A DNA stretch of 63,335 bases, counting the filler, from Chiloscyllium plagiosum (Eukaryota): the NCBI RefSeq assembly GCF_004010195.1. It is 4 parts of 2 records of this genome, joined end to end, with 100 filler letters (N's around TTAATTAATTAA, not from the genome) between each part and the next. Parts side by side here need not be neighbours in the genome. Positions count along the whole stretch, not along the records: positions 61,748 to 63,335 come from NC_057712.1; 3 more parts are not named here. One strand, written 5' to 3'. Shown piece by piece: positions 62,720 to 63,335 of the stretch. Each line of letters starts with the position of its first letter. Position 1 is the stretch's first letter. A program made the position numbers and the translations under genes. The notes below the pieces were generated by a model. The model was not told the DNA's origin. It ran no database searches and saw only the letters and a program-made list of their open reading frames with translations.

Positions 62720-63335
62720 TCCTCGAATTCCAGGAGCAGCAATTACTGTTTTATATGCTGTTGCATTGTTTTGGACCTTTGGAAAAAAAAAGTCAAAACA
62801 ACAGCAGTTTAAAAGGGAGAAGAGCAGACAAAGGAAGCACATGGTGAGGTCATTGCAGGAGAGAGAGAGAGAGAGACAGAGAGAGACAGAGAGAGACAGA
62901 GAGAACCTGCATAGTTACCCCCTTTAATGTTTGAACTTGTGCGTCGCTGGACATCGGAGTGCATCTGGGAAAATTAACAAACAGTGAAATTCACAACTAA
63001 TCTTGGAGGAACTGTTGGACGAAGTTCACAGCACAGAATCAGATAAGTTTATTGGTGTTTTAAGTCTGTCCAAGAGAAAGGCTGCAATAGTGAGTATAGT
63101 GGATTCTTTCTTGATTATATGTTTTTGGAGATAAGTCTCTTGATTAAACTTAAAATATAAGCCGTAGCTATTAATTTAACCTGGGGCAGTGTTTGTAGAG
63201 GAATAAGACGGTTTTATTTTCTGGGTCTGTAGATTGTGAAGGAGCAAAAATGGCCTTTGCAGTGATATGTACTTCTTGTCAGATGTGGGAGTTTAAAGAG
63301 AGTTTAAGGGTTACTGCAGATTATATCTGCCATAA
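62720..63335 (+). mobile_element. CR1 5' UTR with (GA)n and start of ORF1; runs off the window
   Basis: Near-identical to 27222-27730; ATG GCC TTT GCA GTG ATA TGT at 63250. Confidence 0.8.

Overview
Eukaryotic, repeat-saturated DNA with no convincing host protein-coding gene. The SINE/LINE content (HE1-type tRNA SINEs, HER1/CR1 LINEs) points to a cartilaginous fish, most likely a shark (inference). Most of the window is nested, decayed retroelements: many CR1-clade LINE pieces (one nearly full length at ~46985-50195), three Tx1-clade L1-like elements, two clades of Penelope-like elements (PLEs), a Gypsy/Mag-like LTR element with both LTRs, about 11 HE1 SINEs and a probable old hAT-type MITE. 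Three artificial 100-nt N/TTAATTAATTAA/N gap linkers interrupt the sequence. The most interesting signal is a set of PLE-derived minimal hammerhead-ribozyme (HHR) repeats from at least four sequence families. Three of them form ~200-bp ORF-less fold-back insertions whose inversion point lies in or next to the ribozyme core, and two of those are flanked by target-site duplications. A second notable item is a CR1-like LINE that appears to start with a tRNA-like Pol III head leading straight into APE-RT with no ORF1, with a matching head+tail SINE nearby. Boundaries were read by eye and are approximate unless stated; family names rest on motif recognition, not database searches.
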